From: Patescibacteria group bacterium
Lineage (GTDB): Bacteria > Patescibacteriota > Minisyncoccia > UBA6257 > JACRHW01
Direction of reading: 5' to 3'
DNA length: 64,000 nucleotides
NCBI GenBank assembly: GCA_028865725.1
Contig: JAGWJP010000001.1
Span: forward strand, 55,377 to 119,376
Part shown: in pieces, positions 50,700 to 60,164 of the stretch
Layout: the number at the start of each line of letters is the position of its first letter
How positions within the stretch are numbered: position 1 is the stretch's first letter
Position numbers and translations under genes: made by a program
Notes under the pieces: generated by a model
Database searches by the model: none
What the model saw: only the letters and a program-made list of their open reading frames with translations
Told to the model about the DNA's origin: nothing

Positions 50700-51323
50700 T
50701 TATTCTGGTAGTCCTATTATATAGGTTAACACATTTACGAAGTTTTGTTCTCGATAGGACCACGGCATTGCTTCTTCGGGGCTTATTTCTGCAAGAGTTT
50801 TTTCTCGATCCTGCGGGATAAAAATTGCGTTATAGCCGCCGCCATACGCGTTATGCTCATTCGGTGCGATCCAATCAGGATAATCGCCATAATGTTCTTC
50901 ATGAGCAATATGTCCTTCTATTGTGCGATGAAATACGTTGCATGTGCCTTCCGGTGTCGCATAGGCGACGGCGGAGCGTATAGCCGCATTGCGATTTTTT
51001 ACATCTCGCATTCGGTACAAAATTTCACCTCTTCCATATTGCTTCAAAAATGCTCCTGCGTGAATACCTGGGATTCCACCCAGTGCGTCGACGCGAAAGT
51101 CGGTGTCTTCAGTGATCACAGGTACGCCGATGCGTTTCGCTACCATAATGGCTCCGTTTCGCGCCACATCGGAAACATTGTCGCCTATTTCTTCGTAGGA
51201 TGCATTGTCACCATACGTCTCTTTTCCATTTATGATTTCGATCGGAATATCGTAATGCCCGGCGACAAATCGAATTTGCGCGAGTTTTGAGTGATTGCCG
51301 GTTGCAAATACAATTTGTTTCAT
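50700..51323 (-). CDS. Ham1-family non-canonical purine NTP pyrophosphatase
   Basis: FATGNHSK, EDTDFRVDALGGIPG, GYNAIFIP...KTLAE. Confidence 0.82.
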   Translation of the reverse strand: MKQIVFATGNHSKLAQIRFVAGHYDIPIEIINGKETYGDNASYEEIGDNVSDVARNGAIMVAKRIGVPVITEDTDFRVDALGGIPGIHAGAFLKQYGRGEILYRMRDVKNRNAAIRSAVAYATPEGTCNVFHRTIEGHIAHEEHYGDYPDWIAPNEHNAYGGGYNAIFIPQDREKTLAEISPEEAMPWSYREQNFVNVLTYIIGLPE

Positions 51324-51335
51324 GAGCCGGTACTA

Positions 51336-51563
51336 TTATTTCTTTCCTTCGTTTTTCTTTCCGCGAAGTTGTAGGAGTTCTATCGTTGCCGAAGCGATAA
51401 ACACAATTTGCAGGATGATAAAGATACTATCACGGATGTTTATGCTATAGACGAGGAGGAACACGCCACCGATCATGAATAACACATCTTGTCGTTTTTC
51501 GTTTTTGAGCCAAATCGCAACGGATATTATGAGAAGTCCCAGAATGCCGAATATGATATGCAT
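51336..51563 (-). CDS. Small three-TM membrane protein
   Basis: Hydrophobic 75-aa ORF in operon. Confidence 0.65.
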   Translation of the reverse strand: MHIIFGILGLLIISVAIWLKNEKRQDVLFMIGGVFLLVYSINIRDSIFIILQIVFIASATIELLQLRGKKNEGKK

Positions 51564-51574
51564 AAGATGAATTT

Positions 51575-51721
51575 TGGTGGACCTACGGGGAAGCGGTCAC
51601 AACTTTTTTGCTTCGCAAAAAGTCGCGACCCCGTCTCGCGTGCACTGATGTGCACATGCTCCGACTTTCGATTCCCTACACAAGCAAAGCGGTTTGCTTG
51701 TTGTGGTGGACCTACGGGGAA
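51575..51721. repeat. 18-bp duplication of the tRNA-Ala 3' end flanking a 111-bp hairpin-rich insert
   Basis: tggtggacctacggggaa at 51575-51592 and 51704-51721. Confidence 0.85.
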
Positions 51722-51777
51722 TCGAACCCCGCCTTCCTCCATGCCATGGAGGCGTAATACCGATTTACTATAGGCCC
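51704..51777 (-). tRNA. tRNA-Ala(GGC), encoded CCA
   Basis: Anticodon arm cctcc-atggcat-ggagg; cloverleaf. Confidence 0.9.
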
Positions 51778-51788
51778 GTTGCTCTTCC

Positions 51789-52778
51789 TTATATATACTG
51801 TACTTCTTCTGAGAGTTCAATTCCGAATTTTTTCTGTACGCGATGTTTTAGGCGCTTTACGAGTCTTGCGAGATCATGTGCCGTTCCGTTTCCTTTGTTG
51901 TAGATAAGGTTTCCATGATAGGCCGCGACGGCAATGTCGTGCTCGGCAAGTCCCATCGCGCCCGCTTCTTCGAGGAGGTATCCACTTGCGAGTTTTCCAA
52001 ATGTTATTTTTTCTGGCGGTATTTTTTTCATGAACTCATCGCGTAACGAGGCAGGGGATATCATTTTGATGACAAGATTTTTAAAAAAGCTTCCTGGGCA
52101 GCGCATTCCACGTGGATACTTTTTTTCACGAAGGCGTATCGTATCGCGCGAGATTTTTTTGAGTGCCGCAGGATGCGCATGTGTGTAGGTGAATGTCGCT
52201 GCAAGGATGATCCAATTCTTTTTCTTTTTGAAGATACTTGAGCGGTAGCGAAACATACATGCATCGCGCGTAAGCCACCGCACGGTGCGCCCGTCATATA
52301 TTTGTACGTGATGGAGGCAATCCTTAATTTCTTGGCCATAGGCACCCGCGCATCCATAGATTGCGCCACCTATTGTGCCTGGGATACCTGCCATGCGTTC
52401 CATGCCCGCCAATCCTATTGCGTTTATCCTTTTTATTAATGCGAGGAGGTTGTATCCCGCGCCGACAGTGATGGAATGAGTGCTTTTATCTATCGTACAG
52501 TCCGCAATACGGTTTTGTATCACAAGGCCGTTAAATCCAATGTCCTCCGCAATGATGTTCGATGCTTCCCCGATCACCACATACGGCATGCGATAGGCAC
52601 GCGCGAGGCGAACTGCTTCAAGAAGTTCGTGTTCGTGTTGCGCCATAACTATATAGTGCGCAGGTCCGCCAATATGTATGGACGTTATTTCGCGGAGAGG
52701 ATACTCGATCCGCAGTCTTTTTTTAAAAAGAGTGTGGAGCGCGTTCTCTATAGTGTCGGTACGCGTTTTCATGTACAT
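51789..52778 (-). CDS. murB: UDP-N-acetylenolpyruvoylglucosamine reductase
   Basis: IGGPA, GIPGTIGGA, GSFFKN, HGNLIYN, LSEEV. Confidence 0.93.
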   Translation of the reverse strand: MYMKTRTDTIENALHTLFKKRLRIEYPLREITSIHIGGPAHYIVMAQHEHELLEAVRLARAYRMPYVVIGEASNIIAEDIGFNGLVIQNRIADCTIDKSTHSITVGAGYNLLALIKRINAIGLAGMERMAGIPGTIGGAIYGCAGAYGQEIKDCLHHVQIYDGRTVRWLTRDACMFRYRSSIFKKKKNWIILAATFTYTHAHPAALKKISRDTIRLREKKYPRGMRCPGSFFKNLVIKMISPASLRDEFMKKIPPEKITFGKLASGYLLEEAGAMGLAEHDIAVAAYHGNLIYNKGNGTAHDLARLVKRLKHRVQKKFGIELSEEVQYI

Positions 52779-52832
52779 TGATAAAATACAATGTTTTCGG
52801 TACCATTACAATTGTTCGGGCGAACGGAGAAG

Positions 52833-52904
52833 GCTCCTGTAGTTCAATGGATAGAACATCCCCGTCCTAAGGGGAGGATGCAGGTCCGATTCCTGCTGGG
52901 AGCA
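52833..52904 (+). tRNA. tRNA-Arg(CCT), probable anchor of island 2
   Basis: Acceptor stem gctcctg/tgggagc; anticodon loop gtcctaa. Confidence 0.9.
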
Positions 52905-53054
52905 CACACTAGTGAGAGGTGTTTTGCGACCGTGTTTCTCGGTACTCCTGGGCGACCACGAGAGCCGACCCGACTGTACGGAAACACGTTTCACACACAA
53001 CAATAGCGCAGCATTTTGCCGCGCTCTTGTTGTCTCTCTCCACACATGACCCCG

Positions 53055-54395
53055 CTATACCGTTTCTTTCTGCACCAAACTGATCGTTCTGTCTTTGAGC
53101 GTAAGCCTACTTTTCAAGTTTGAAAGCAGCTCTCGCTTCTCTGTGATTGATCCGTCAGTCAAAATGTAGGCGGCATAGGCTTTCACATCAAAGATATCCG
53201 ATTCGTCATTCTTTTCCTTGGCTTTCCCCAACGCAATCCTCCTGAACTTGTTGTAACGGGTTATCTCATCATTGAATTTTTGTTTCACGCCAAGTTCGTT
53301 TAGATCGAGGGTATTCAAGATAGGGATGATTTGTTCAATGATCTCTTCTTCTTTGATGTAGCCGCACGGACAGTTTACATCTCTCCGCTTCGTACATCCG
53401 TAGTACACGTAACGGTGGGTATTCCCATTCTTCTGGTACTTCCATTTCTCGGAGGCGGTAATCCCTGATCCGCATAATCCACACGTTATCAACTTCGTGA
53501 AGGCGAACTCCTTGTCATTCTTCACCTCGCTCCGAACAAGCTGTTCCCGCGCGCGATCGTACAACTCTTTGGTAATGATAGGAGTATGAGTCCCTGTATA
53601 CCAATTCCCTGATCCTTCGGGGAATTCGAAGACGCCGTAATAGAAGGTTTTCTGGAGAATGAGGAAGATGTTTGAGAGCGAGAGATGTTTTCCATTTCCC
53701 GTTTTGAAATCTACATCGTTCCGAAGCCATTGATACAAGCGGCGGCCGCTCCATCCTTCATGCGCCACCTTCTCAAACATTTGTTTGATGATGGGTGCTC
53801 GTACCGGATCGACAATCACTTCACAGGGCTTATCCTTTCGTTTCTCATTCAGATAACCTGTTGGCGCGACAGAGGGACGAAGTCCTTGTTCGCAGCGTGT
53901 GCGCAATCCGCGTTTTACGTTCTCTGACTTATTGTCATTTTCAAGCTTGGCGGTGGAACACAGAATCATCAGCATGAATTTTTCGCTTGGGCTATTGGAG
54001 AATTTCTGTGAAAAAGTTCGGATTTCGATGAGGAGCTTCTGATCCATGAGATCGACAAGGCTTCCAAGATCGCCCGCATTTCTTGAAAGCCTATCTGGCG
54101 CCCAGGTCAGGATTCCATTAAACTTACCTCCGCGTATATCCTTGAGGAGTTCATTGAACACCTCACGCTGTCCTGTCGCCTTAGCAGAATGGCTCTCCTT
54201 TCTAATCTCTGTGATCTCCAAACCATCCCGCTCGGCAATCTTGATCATTTCTTTGATTTGAGAATCGATGGAAAGCACCTGCTGTTCCTCTGATTCCGTT
54301 GATTTTCTTGCGTACAAACAGTAGGCGACCTTTGTTGGCAGCGGTGGATTGGTTGAGGACGCCGTGCCTGCCGCCCCCTTTAGTTGATTGTTCAT
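53055..54395 (-). CDS. Large serine recombinase
   Basis: YARKSTE, DRLSRN, CGLCGS; start moved to MNNQLKG. Confidence 0.93.
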   Translation of the reverse strand: MNNQLKGAAGTASSTNPPLPTKVAYCLYARKSTESEEQQVLSIDSQIKEMIKIAERDGLEITEIRKESHSAKATGQREVFNELLKDIRGGKFNGILTWAPDRLSRNAGDLGSLVDLMDQKLLIEIRTFSQKFSNSPSEKFMLMILCSTAKLENDNKSENVKRGLRTRCEQGLRPSVAPTGYLNEKRKDKPCEVIVDPVRAPIIKQMFEKVAHEGWSGRRLYQWLRNDVDFKTGNGKHLSLSNIFLILQKTFYYGVFEFPEGSGNWYTGTHTPIITKELYDRAREQLVRSEVKNDKEFAFTKLITCGLCGSGITASEKWKYQKNGNTHRYVYYGCTKRRDVNCPCGYIKEEEIIEQIIPILNTLDLNELGVKQKFNDEITRYNKFRRIALGKAKEKNDESDIFDVKAYAAYILTDGSITEKRELLSNLKSRLTLKDRTISLVQKETV

Positions 54396-54518
54396 ACACC
54401 CAAAGGAATGACGCAAACCACCCTGAGCGTCAAGGGTGGGTGAAATGTGATTATAAAAAATTTTTCGAACGTCCAAGGAATCAAGAAGAACCAAGACAAT
54501 CAAGCACCCAAGGCGAAA

Positions 54519-54638
54519 CTACCGAGAGGGACAGACGCCCAGAGTGGAGTAAGTGCTGCCGCGGGAAACGCTGCGGACGCTGAGACCGCCCGAATCGAAG
54601 CTGCCAACGAGGACGAAGCCGCCGCCGGACGACTGAAC
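54519..54638 (-). repeat. DGR2 variable region A
   Basis: 120 bp vs TR2: 18 mismatches, 17 at TR adenines and one synonymous G>T. Confidence 0.96.
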
Positions 54639-55346
54639 ACCGGTCCAGTCCCATTTATCTTCTAAGAGCGATTCTTTATTGGCGCCATAATATAAAAACG
54701 TATCGTACGCAATTTCTACAGGAGTTCTTCGCTTTACTGAAGCAGGATCAATGTTATTCTGTTTAGCCCAGTCTTTGAGAACCTCTTCTTGTTGGTCCCA
54801 GTTTTTTCCTAATGAATCGGGTAATACCGATCTTGCCACAAGACCCCAACCGAGCTTCGGAGTATCTTCGATAGCGAATTTTTCAGCGTCATACCACCCT
54901 TCACCTTTTTTGCTCACGAACATTTTTTGCTTCTTTTTCTTGGGATTGCCTAATGTGTCGCCACTTGAGAACCTCTCACGTATTTGATCGATAGTTAGCG
55001 GTTTTTCGGTTTTCCCTTCGCCAAGTCTTGATACTCTTAAGACAAGCATCATTCCCAATTTCTTTGCCTGTTCTAGTTCTTCTCGCGTAAAGGGTATTGT
55101 CTCTATTTTTTCTGATTCTTCTGGACTAAGTTCAACGCCATACGTGGCTTTAATGGCTTCGGGTCCTAGAAAGTCTTTACCAAATATTTCTTGGGCCTCG
55201 GTAAATTCAATGGATCCTTCTTTGGCCTCTGGTACAAGATTTTCTTTTTTTGCAATATCCAAAGCTTGCGCTACTTTCTTTTGTGTAGAGGTTTTGTATT
55301 TATTCGGCTCGTATTCGTCGTAGATTTTGTAGGCTTCGAAGGGCAT
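54519..55346 (-). CDS. DGR2 target paralog A
   Basis: VR at the 3' end matches TR2. Confidence 0.93.
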   Translation of the reverse strand: MPFEAYKIYDEYEPNKYKTSTQKKVAQALDIAKKENLVPEAKEGSIEFTEAQEIFGKDFLGPEAIKATYGVELSPEESEKIETIPFTREELEQAKKLGMMLVLRVSRLGEGKTEKPLTIDQIRERFSSGDTLGNPKKKKQKMFVSKKGEGWYDAEKFAIEDTPKLGWGLVARSVLPDSLGKNWDQQEEVLKDWAKQNNIDPASVKRRTPVEIAYDTFLYYGANKESLLEDKWDWTGVQSSGGGFVLVGSFDSGGLSVRSVSRGSTYSTLGVCPSR

Positions 55347-55347
55347 G

Positions 55348-57333
55348 CTATAGGTCTTGTGTATATTTTAGAATAACGTTTTGGACCGCCTGTGGCAATG
55401 TTTTGATGTCAGCAATAACTTCAGCATCGGGTTTGTAGGTTTCTTTAACAGCTCCGCCTGATTCAGTCATACCAAGACCCAACACAATAACTCCTTTGCT
55501 GCGCAATTCACGAAGGATGCCCTGAACCCGAGAGGCATCCTGACTCTCTCCATCAGAAAGTACCACGACCACCTTTCTTCTCGTTTTTTCTCGCAATTCT
55601 TTCTCTTGCTCTTGCGTAATTGATTTCAGGACCGCATCCAAAGAAAGGTAATCAGGAGTGCCTCCTCCTGCTTTATGCATTTTCTTCCAAATACCAACCC
55701 TATCTTTCTCTGACAACTCCGGCGAAAGTTCTTTCAGTTCGGTATCGCCAAAGTCACCAAAGGCCCTTGTCTCTGTTCTTACCTGAAGACCAAGGACTAT
55801 ACCGCTTTCATATTCAGCTTGTTTGATTTCCTTTTGAAAATCAGCGAGCGATTCCAAGAATAGTAGTTTACTCTTCCGGTCCATTTCTAACTTACCGCCT
55901 TCGCTCATAGAACCAGAAAGATCGTTTACGAGAGACATGTCCAACATACCATAACCTTTTTGTTCTTTCTGATGTTTTTCAAGTTCACGAAATGCGTGTG
56001 GCTCTCCGCCCATCCGAGATTCGATGGAAGATTCGACGAGCGTGTCTTCGGATAATTCTTCACCTTCCGTCTCGAGCTGTGGCGAAAACTTCCAACGTTC
56101 TTTGAGGCGTCGAGAAATAATCTGTTTAAATACTTCTCGCAATTCAGCGACGAGCGGAGCAATTTCTGCATATTCCTTACGATACCCAAGAACATCCTCA
56201 GCGTTAACTCCGTGTTCACGAGCCCATTCTTCAAGAATATTCTGTTCTAGCGTTGGTGCTCCGCCTTTCTTGGCGACAATCTCTTCCATCATTTTCTTGA
56301 TCTGTTTCTCTTCTTCGTAGGTGATAGGTTCAGGGTGGCTGTCGTGGTATGTTTTGTATTGTTCTTTAAACTTCTTCTGAGCCGCTTCTTTCGCAGCACG
56401 ATCGCTGGTTTTTTTATCACCCTCGTTACCCGGCTTTTCTTCTTTTCCTTTGCCTTCTTGCGGTGTTTCCCTTTTTCTCTGCCACCATTTTCTTTTTTCC
56501 TGACCCGAACCTTGACCCTGTTGCGGCTTATCGGAAACCGTAGTGTCTGTTGGTGATACTTGCCCCTGATCTTTTTTACCATTCTTCTTTTCTTCCTCTA
56601 GGTCTTTCTCGTAAAGTTCCCGGTAGATAGGTTCAACGATCGTTCGCATAATGCGAAAACGATCTTTGGGATCAATGGTTGGTGTCGTGACAAGATCTAA
56701 AATATCTATTTTTTCAGAACCAAAACTTCGCAAGGTGTCCAACGCAGTTTGTGCATCTAGCCCAAGTTGTACTGCCTCACCGGACACCATCATCTGCCGG
56801 ATAAACCCATAGGTAAATTGGACATGGGAAGCTTTATCGGTGTAATCGGTTTGTGGAAACATCTTTTCTCGATAGAGAGTTTCACGTGTTTCCTTGAGAA
56901 ACGGAAGCTCAGCAACGATACGCCTGTTGCCTAACACGTCCTCAAAAATATTGTATAACAGATGGAGATGTTCTTTTGCACTATAACGCTTAGCCTCTTT
57001 TAAAATGAGCTCCGGATCGCGCAGGAGCTCGCCGTAGTGGGCCATGAGTTCATGTGTCGTGGCAAAGAGGGTTTCCTGAAGATTATACCCGCGTTCGATA
57101 AAGAAGTTGGGATCGTAGATAAGTTTTCGATTTTGAAAATCAAACGCCCAGCCGCCATTGCCCCGTTCTAAGGTAATGTCGCCCTTTAATCCATAGGCGG
57201 ACAAAAGCTCTGTCTCCCGATTCAAAAACTCCTCAACCGCAGGGGCATCAATTTCACGTTCTTTTTTAGGAACCTCCTGTTTTGGTGTATTACGAGGAGG
57301 TTCCATCCGATTTGTAGGGAATGATTCTTGCAT
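55348..57333 (-). CDS. vWA-domain protein with N-terminal HExxxH metallopeptidase-like domain
   Basis: THELMAHY, YNIFED; charged linker; MIDAS DLSGSMS, GGTPD, LSDGES. Confidence 0.85.
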   Translation of the reverse strand: MQESFPTNRMEPPRNTPKQEVPKKEREIDAPAVEEFLNRETELLSAYGLKGDITLERGNGGWAFDFQNRKLIYDPNFFIERGYNLQETLFATTHELMAHYGELLRDPELILKEAKRYSAKEHLHLLYNIFEDVLGNRRIVAELPFLKETRETLYREKMFPQTDYTDKASHVQFTYGFIRQMMVSGEAVQLGLDAQTALDTLRSFGSEKIDILDLVTTPTIDPKDRFRIMRTIVEPIYRELYEKDLEEEKKNGKKDQGQVSPTDTTVSDKPQQGQGSGQEKRKWWQRKRETPQEGKGKEEKPGNEGDKKTSDRAAKEAAQKKFKEQYKTYHDSHPEPITYEEEKQIKKMMEEIVAKKGGAPTLEQNILEEWAREHGVNAEDVLGYRKEYAEIAPLVAELREVFKQIISRRLKERWKFSPQLETEGEELSEDTLVESSIESRMGGEPHAFRELEKHQKEQKGYGMLDMSLVNDLSGSMSEGGKLEMDRKSKLLFLESLADFQKEIKQAEYESGIVLGLQVRTETRAFGDFGDTELKELSPELSEKDRVGIWKKMHKAGGGTPDYLSLDAVLKSITQEQEKELREKTRRKVVVVLSDGESQDASRVQGILRELRSKGVIVLGLGMTESGGAVKETYKPDAEVIADIKTLPQAVQNVILKYTQDL

Positions 57334-57410
57334 TGAGATAGTTATAAAAAATTTTTTCGAACGTCCAAGGAATCAAAAAGAATCAAGAGATCCAAGCACC
57401 CAAGGGGAAA

Positions 57411-57530
57411 CTACCGAGAGGGACAGACGCCCAGATCGGAGCTCGTGCCGTCGCGGGTATCGCTGTAGACGTTGAGACCGTCCGAATCGAAGCGGCCAAC
57501 GAAGACGAAGCTGCCGCCGGACGACTGAAC
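57411..57530 (-). repeat. DGR2 variable region B
   Basis: 120 bp vs TR2: 12 mismatches, all at TR adenines. Confidence 0.96.
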
Positions 57531-58229
57531 GGCAGACCAGTCATAAGAACTTTCGAGGAGAGATTCTTTGTTCGCACCATAATACAAAAGAGTATCGTAG
57601 ATGATCTCAACGGGAGTCCTACGTTTTACTGAAGCAGGATCAATATTGTTTTGTTTGGCCCAACTCTTGAGAACCTCTTCTTGCTGATCCCAGTTTTTAC
57701 TGCGTGATTCCTGTAAGACTTCTTTCATAACTAAACTCCACCCGAGTGAAGGCGTAACCTGTGTAGCAAACGATTCATTATTATACCAATCCTGATCGTA
57801 AAATATCTTTGTTTTTTTCTTGGTGGGATTACCCAACTTGTCTCCCGCCTTAAAAACTCCCCGCACATTGTTAATGCTAAAAGGTTTTGCAGTTTTATCC
57901 TTACCGATTCTTGGTATGCGTAAGACGAGCATCATGCCAAGTTGTTTTGCCTGTTCTAATTCTTCTCGAGTAAATGGGATGTTTTCGATACGTCCAAGTT
58001 CATCAGGAGAGAGTTCAATCCCGAACGTTGCTTTGACAGCTTCAGGACCCAAAAAATCCTTACCTAATAGTTCTTGGGCCTCATTGAACTCAATAGTTAC
58101 TTCCTTTGCCTCAGGCACAAGATTTTCTTTCTTGGCAATATCTAAAGCCTGAGCCACCTTCTTTTGCGTGGAAGTTTTGTACTTGTTGGGCTCGTATTCG
58201 TCGTAAATTTTGTAGGCTTCAAAAGGCAT
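57411..58229 (-). CDS. DGR2 target paralog B
   Basis: VR at the 3' end matches TR2. Confidence 0.93.
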   Translation of the reverse strand: MPFEAYKIYDEYEPNKYKTSTQKKVAQALDIAKKENLVPEAKEVTIEFNEAQELLGKDFLGPEAVKATFGIELSPDELGRIENIPFTREELEQAKQLGMMLVLRIPRIGKDKTAKPFSINNVRGVFKAGDKLGNPTKKKTKIFYDQDWYNNESFATQVTPSLGWSLVMKEVLQESRSKNWDQQEEVLKSWAKQNNIDPASVKRRTPVEIIYDTLLYYGANKESLLESSYDWSAVQSSGGSFVFVGRFDSDGLNVYSDTRDGTSSDLGVCPSR

Positions 58230-58258
58230 GATTCGATACGCGTATCAACGAATGGTCA

Positions 58259-59938
58259 TTATTCTTTACCCTGCCACTGACGGACTGTTTTAGAAGATAA
58301 TCCTTGGATATCAAATTCTTCTGGATTAGTGTCCTTGAAAAATTTATTCGCCATAAATACTTTAATCATATTTTCACGATCCTTGGCGGCTCGACCGCTG
58401 ATTTCTGCCTTTCTGAAAAATTCTCGGAGCACAACATTTTCTAATGGTTCAGCAAAACCAGAGGCCTTCCAGGCTTTCATGATTTCAATTTGATCTTTTA
58501 AGGTAATAACGAGTTCTTTAAAGGCAAGTTTATCGCTACGCGCTAATGAATCTTCACCACCTTCTCGCATGCTCAAAGTAAAATCTTCCTGAATCTTACG
58601 GCACGCGCCGACAAAACGCTTTAACGCATCGAGTTTTTGTGGTGCTTCTTGTTCGTCCCACGCAATGGCGCCATTTCGATCTGCAAGTACACCCGCAAGA
58701 ATAGTAAGCGTCTCAGGAGCAATATATTCACCTTCTTTGTTCTTTTTGCCGAGATCTAGATAATGAATTTCTTTCGCCCCCGCACCGCCGATAAAACGGC
58801 GAAGCGTGGCAACATCAAGTTCGTAGCGTTGCTTATAGCGTTCTGATTTAAGATTAGCGGTGGCAAAAATAACAAATCCGGGGGCAACCTTGATTGATTC
58901 TCCTGTTGAAGGATGCTTCCATGAACTGCCCACACGTAACTGAAAAATTTCGTTCAAAATGCCTTGAAATTCATGAGGCATAAGGTTCATTTCATCCAAA
59001 ATAACGGGACGCCCTTCCTTCATGCTTTTCACAAGTTCTGAATACAGAAAATCAGTAGCGCCATCTTTGAGGGTAACACGTCCCATGATTTGAGATTCTT
59101 TGATTTGTTCGGAAATGGAGATTGGCGCAACTTCGTAACCCAGAAATCTATGAGAAATGTATTTAGCAAGCTGAGTCTTGCCAGAACCTGTTTCGCCTTG
59201 AAACAAAATAGGCGCGCCGCGCAATAAATCAGGTAAGACGTCTTGAATAAGCTTGGTGCGCGATTCTGTCTCGGCAAAACTATAACGCTCTAAATCTTGT
59301 TGCGTGCGCCGAACCTCTCTCCGGCGTAGCATATCAATTGATGCCGGATCTAATTCAAAAGCAGTTACATTGTTTTGTAGTTCCTCTCTCCGATTTGTGA
59401 GATCGGTAAGCTTGGTGCGTTCAATCGGGCCCGGTGCGCGTCCTATTTTTTCATAGAGCACGCGAAGTTTTTGTTCACTATTCGTGACAGCGCTAAGTTC
59501 TTTTTGGAGATGTTCATAGGTTAGAACGTTGGCTAACGTATCCTTCATGCCTTCAAAGCGCTCTTTATACGTCTCCATTACTTTGGAGTTACTGCCCAGT
59601 TCTTGAATACGCGCATCATATTCAGCAAGAACATTCTCGGAAAATTCTGCCATTTCAGGATCAATTTTAAGTGCGTCAAATTGAGCCGCAACCGCATCAT
59701 CGCCTTGAGCCTTCAATTCTTCTCGTTCGGTTTTTGTAAGACCGCCCCACGATTCACGGACGTGCTTTGATGCTTCGACTCTTGCGGCGGAGAGGTCCAT
59801 AAGCTCTTGGACTCGTGTTTCAAGTTGCTCAGGAGAAAGTTTTTGCTTCTCTTTTGTACTATCAACACCTTTTTCCTCAATAACGCGCTCCGGAGTGGTA
59901 GGTAGATTAGGCATTGATGGAAATTGTTCTTTGGGCAT
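58259..59938 (-). CDS. MoxR/dynein-related AAA+ ATPase with N-terminal coiled coil
   Basis: Walker A GETGSGKT, Walker B VILDEMN, sensor IFATAN, LDVATLRRF. Confidence 0.88.
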   Translation of the reverse strand: MPKEQFPSMPNLPTTPERVIEEKGVDSTKEKQKLSPEQLETRVQELMDLSAARVEASKHVRESWGGLTKTEREELKAQGDDAVAAQFDALKIDPEMAEFSENVLAEYDARIQELGSNSKVMETYKERFEGMKDTLANVLTYEHLQKELSAVTNSEQKLRVLYEKIGRAPGPIERTKLTDLTNRREELQNNVTAFELDPASIDMLRRREVRRTQQDLERYSFAETESRTKLIQDVLPDLLRGAPILFQGETGSGKTQLAKYISHRFLGYEVAPISISEQIKESQIMGRVTLKDGATDFLYSELVKSMKEGRPVILDEMNLMPHEFQGILNEIFQLRVGSSWKHPSTGESIKVAPGFVIFATANLKSERYKQRYELDVATLRRFIGGAGAKEIHYLDLGKKNKEGEYIAPETLTILAGVLADRNGAIAWDEQEAPQKLDALKRFVGACRKIQEDFTLSMREGGEDSLARSDKLAFKELVITLKDQIEIMKAWKASGFAEPLENVVLREFFRKAEISGRAAKDRENMIKVFMANKFFKDTNPEEFDIQGLSSKTVRQWQGKE

Positions 59939-60044
59939 ATTGTAAGTGTTATACGGTTATGAATTGATTGTACCAGTTTCAAAAATTTTTTCGAACGTCC
60001 AAGGAATCAAGAAGAACCAAGACAATCAAGCACCCAAGGGGAAA

Positions 60045-60164
60045 CTACCGAGAGGGACAGACGCCCAGACTGGAGCTCGTGCCGTCGCGGGTATCGTCGC
60101 TGACGTCGAGACCGCCCGAATCGAAGCTGCCAACGTCGACGAAGCTGCCGTCGGACGACTGAAC
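60045..60164 (-). repeat. DGR2 variable region C
   Basis: 120 bp vs TR2: 11 mismatches, all A>G. Confidence 0.96.

Noticed and set aside
54396-54503. N-terminal extension of recombinase 2
   Set aside because: It runs through the non-coding VR tail that is also conserved behind the other two targets
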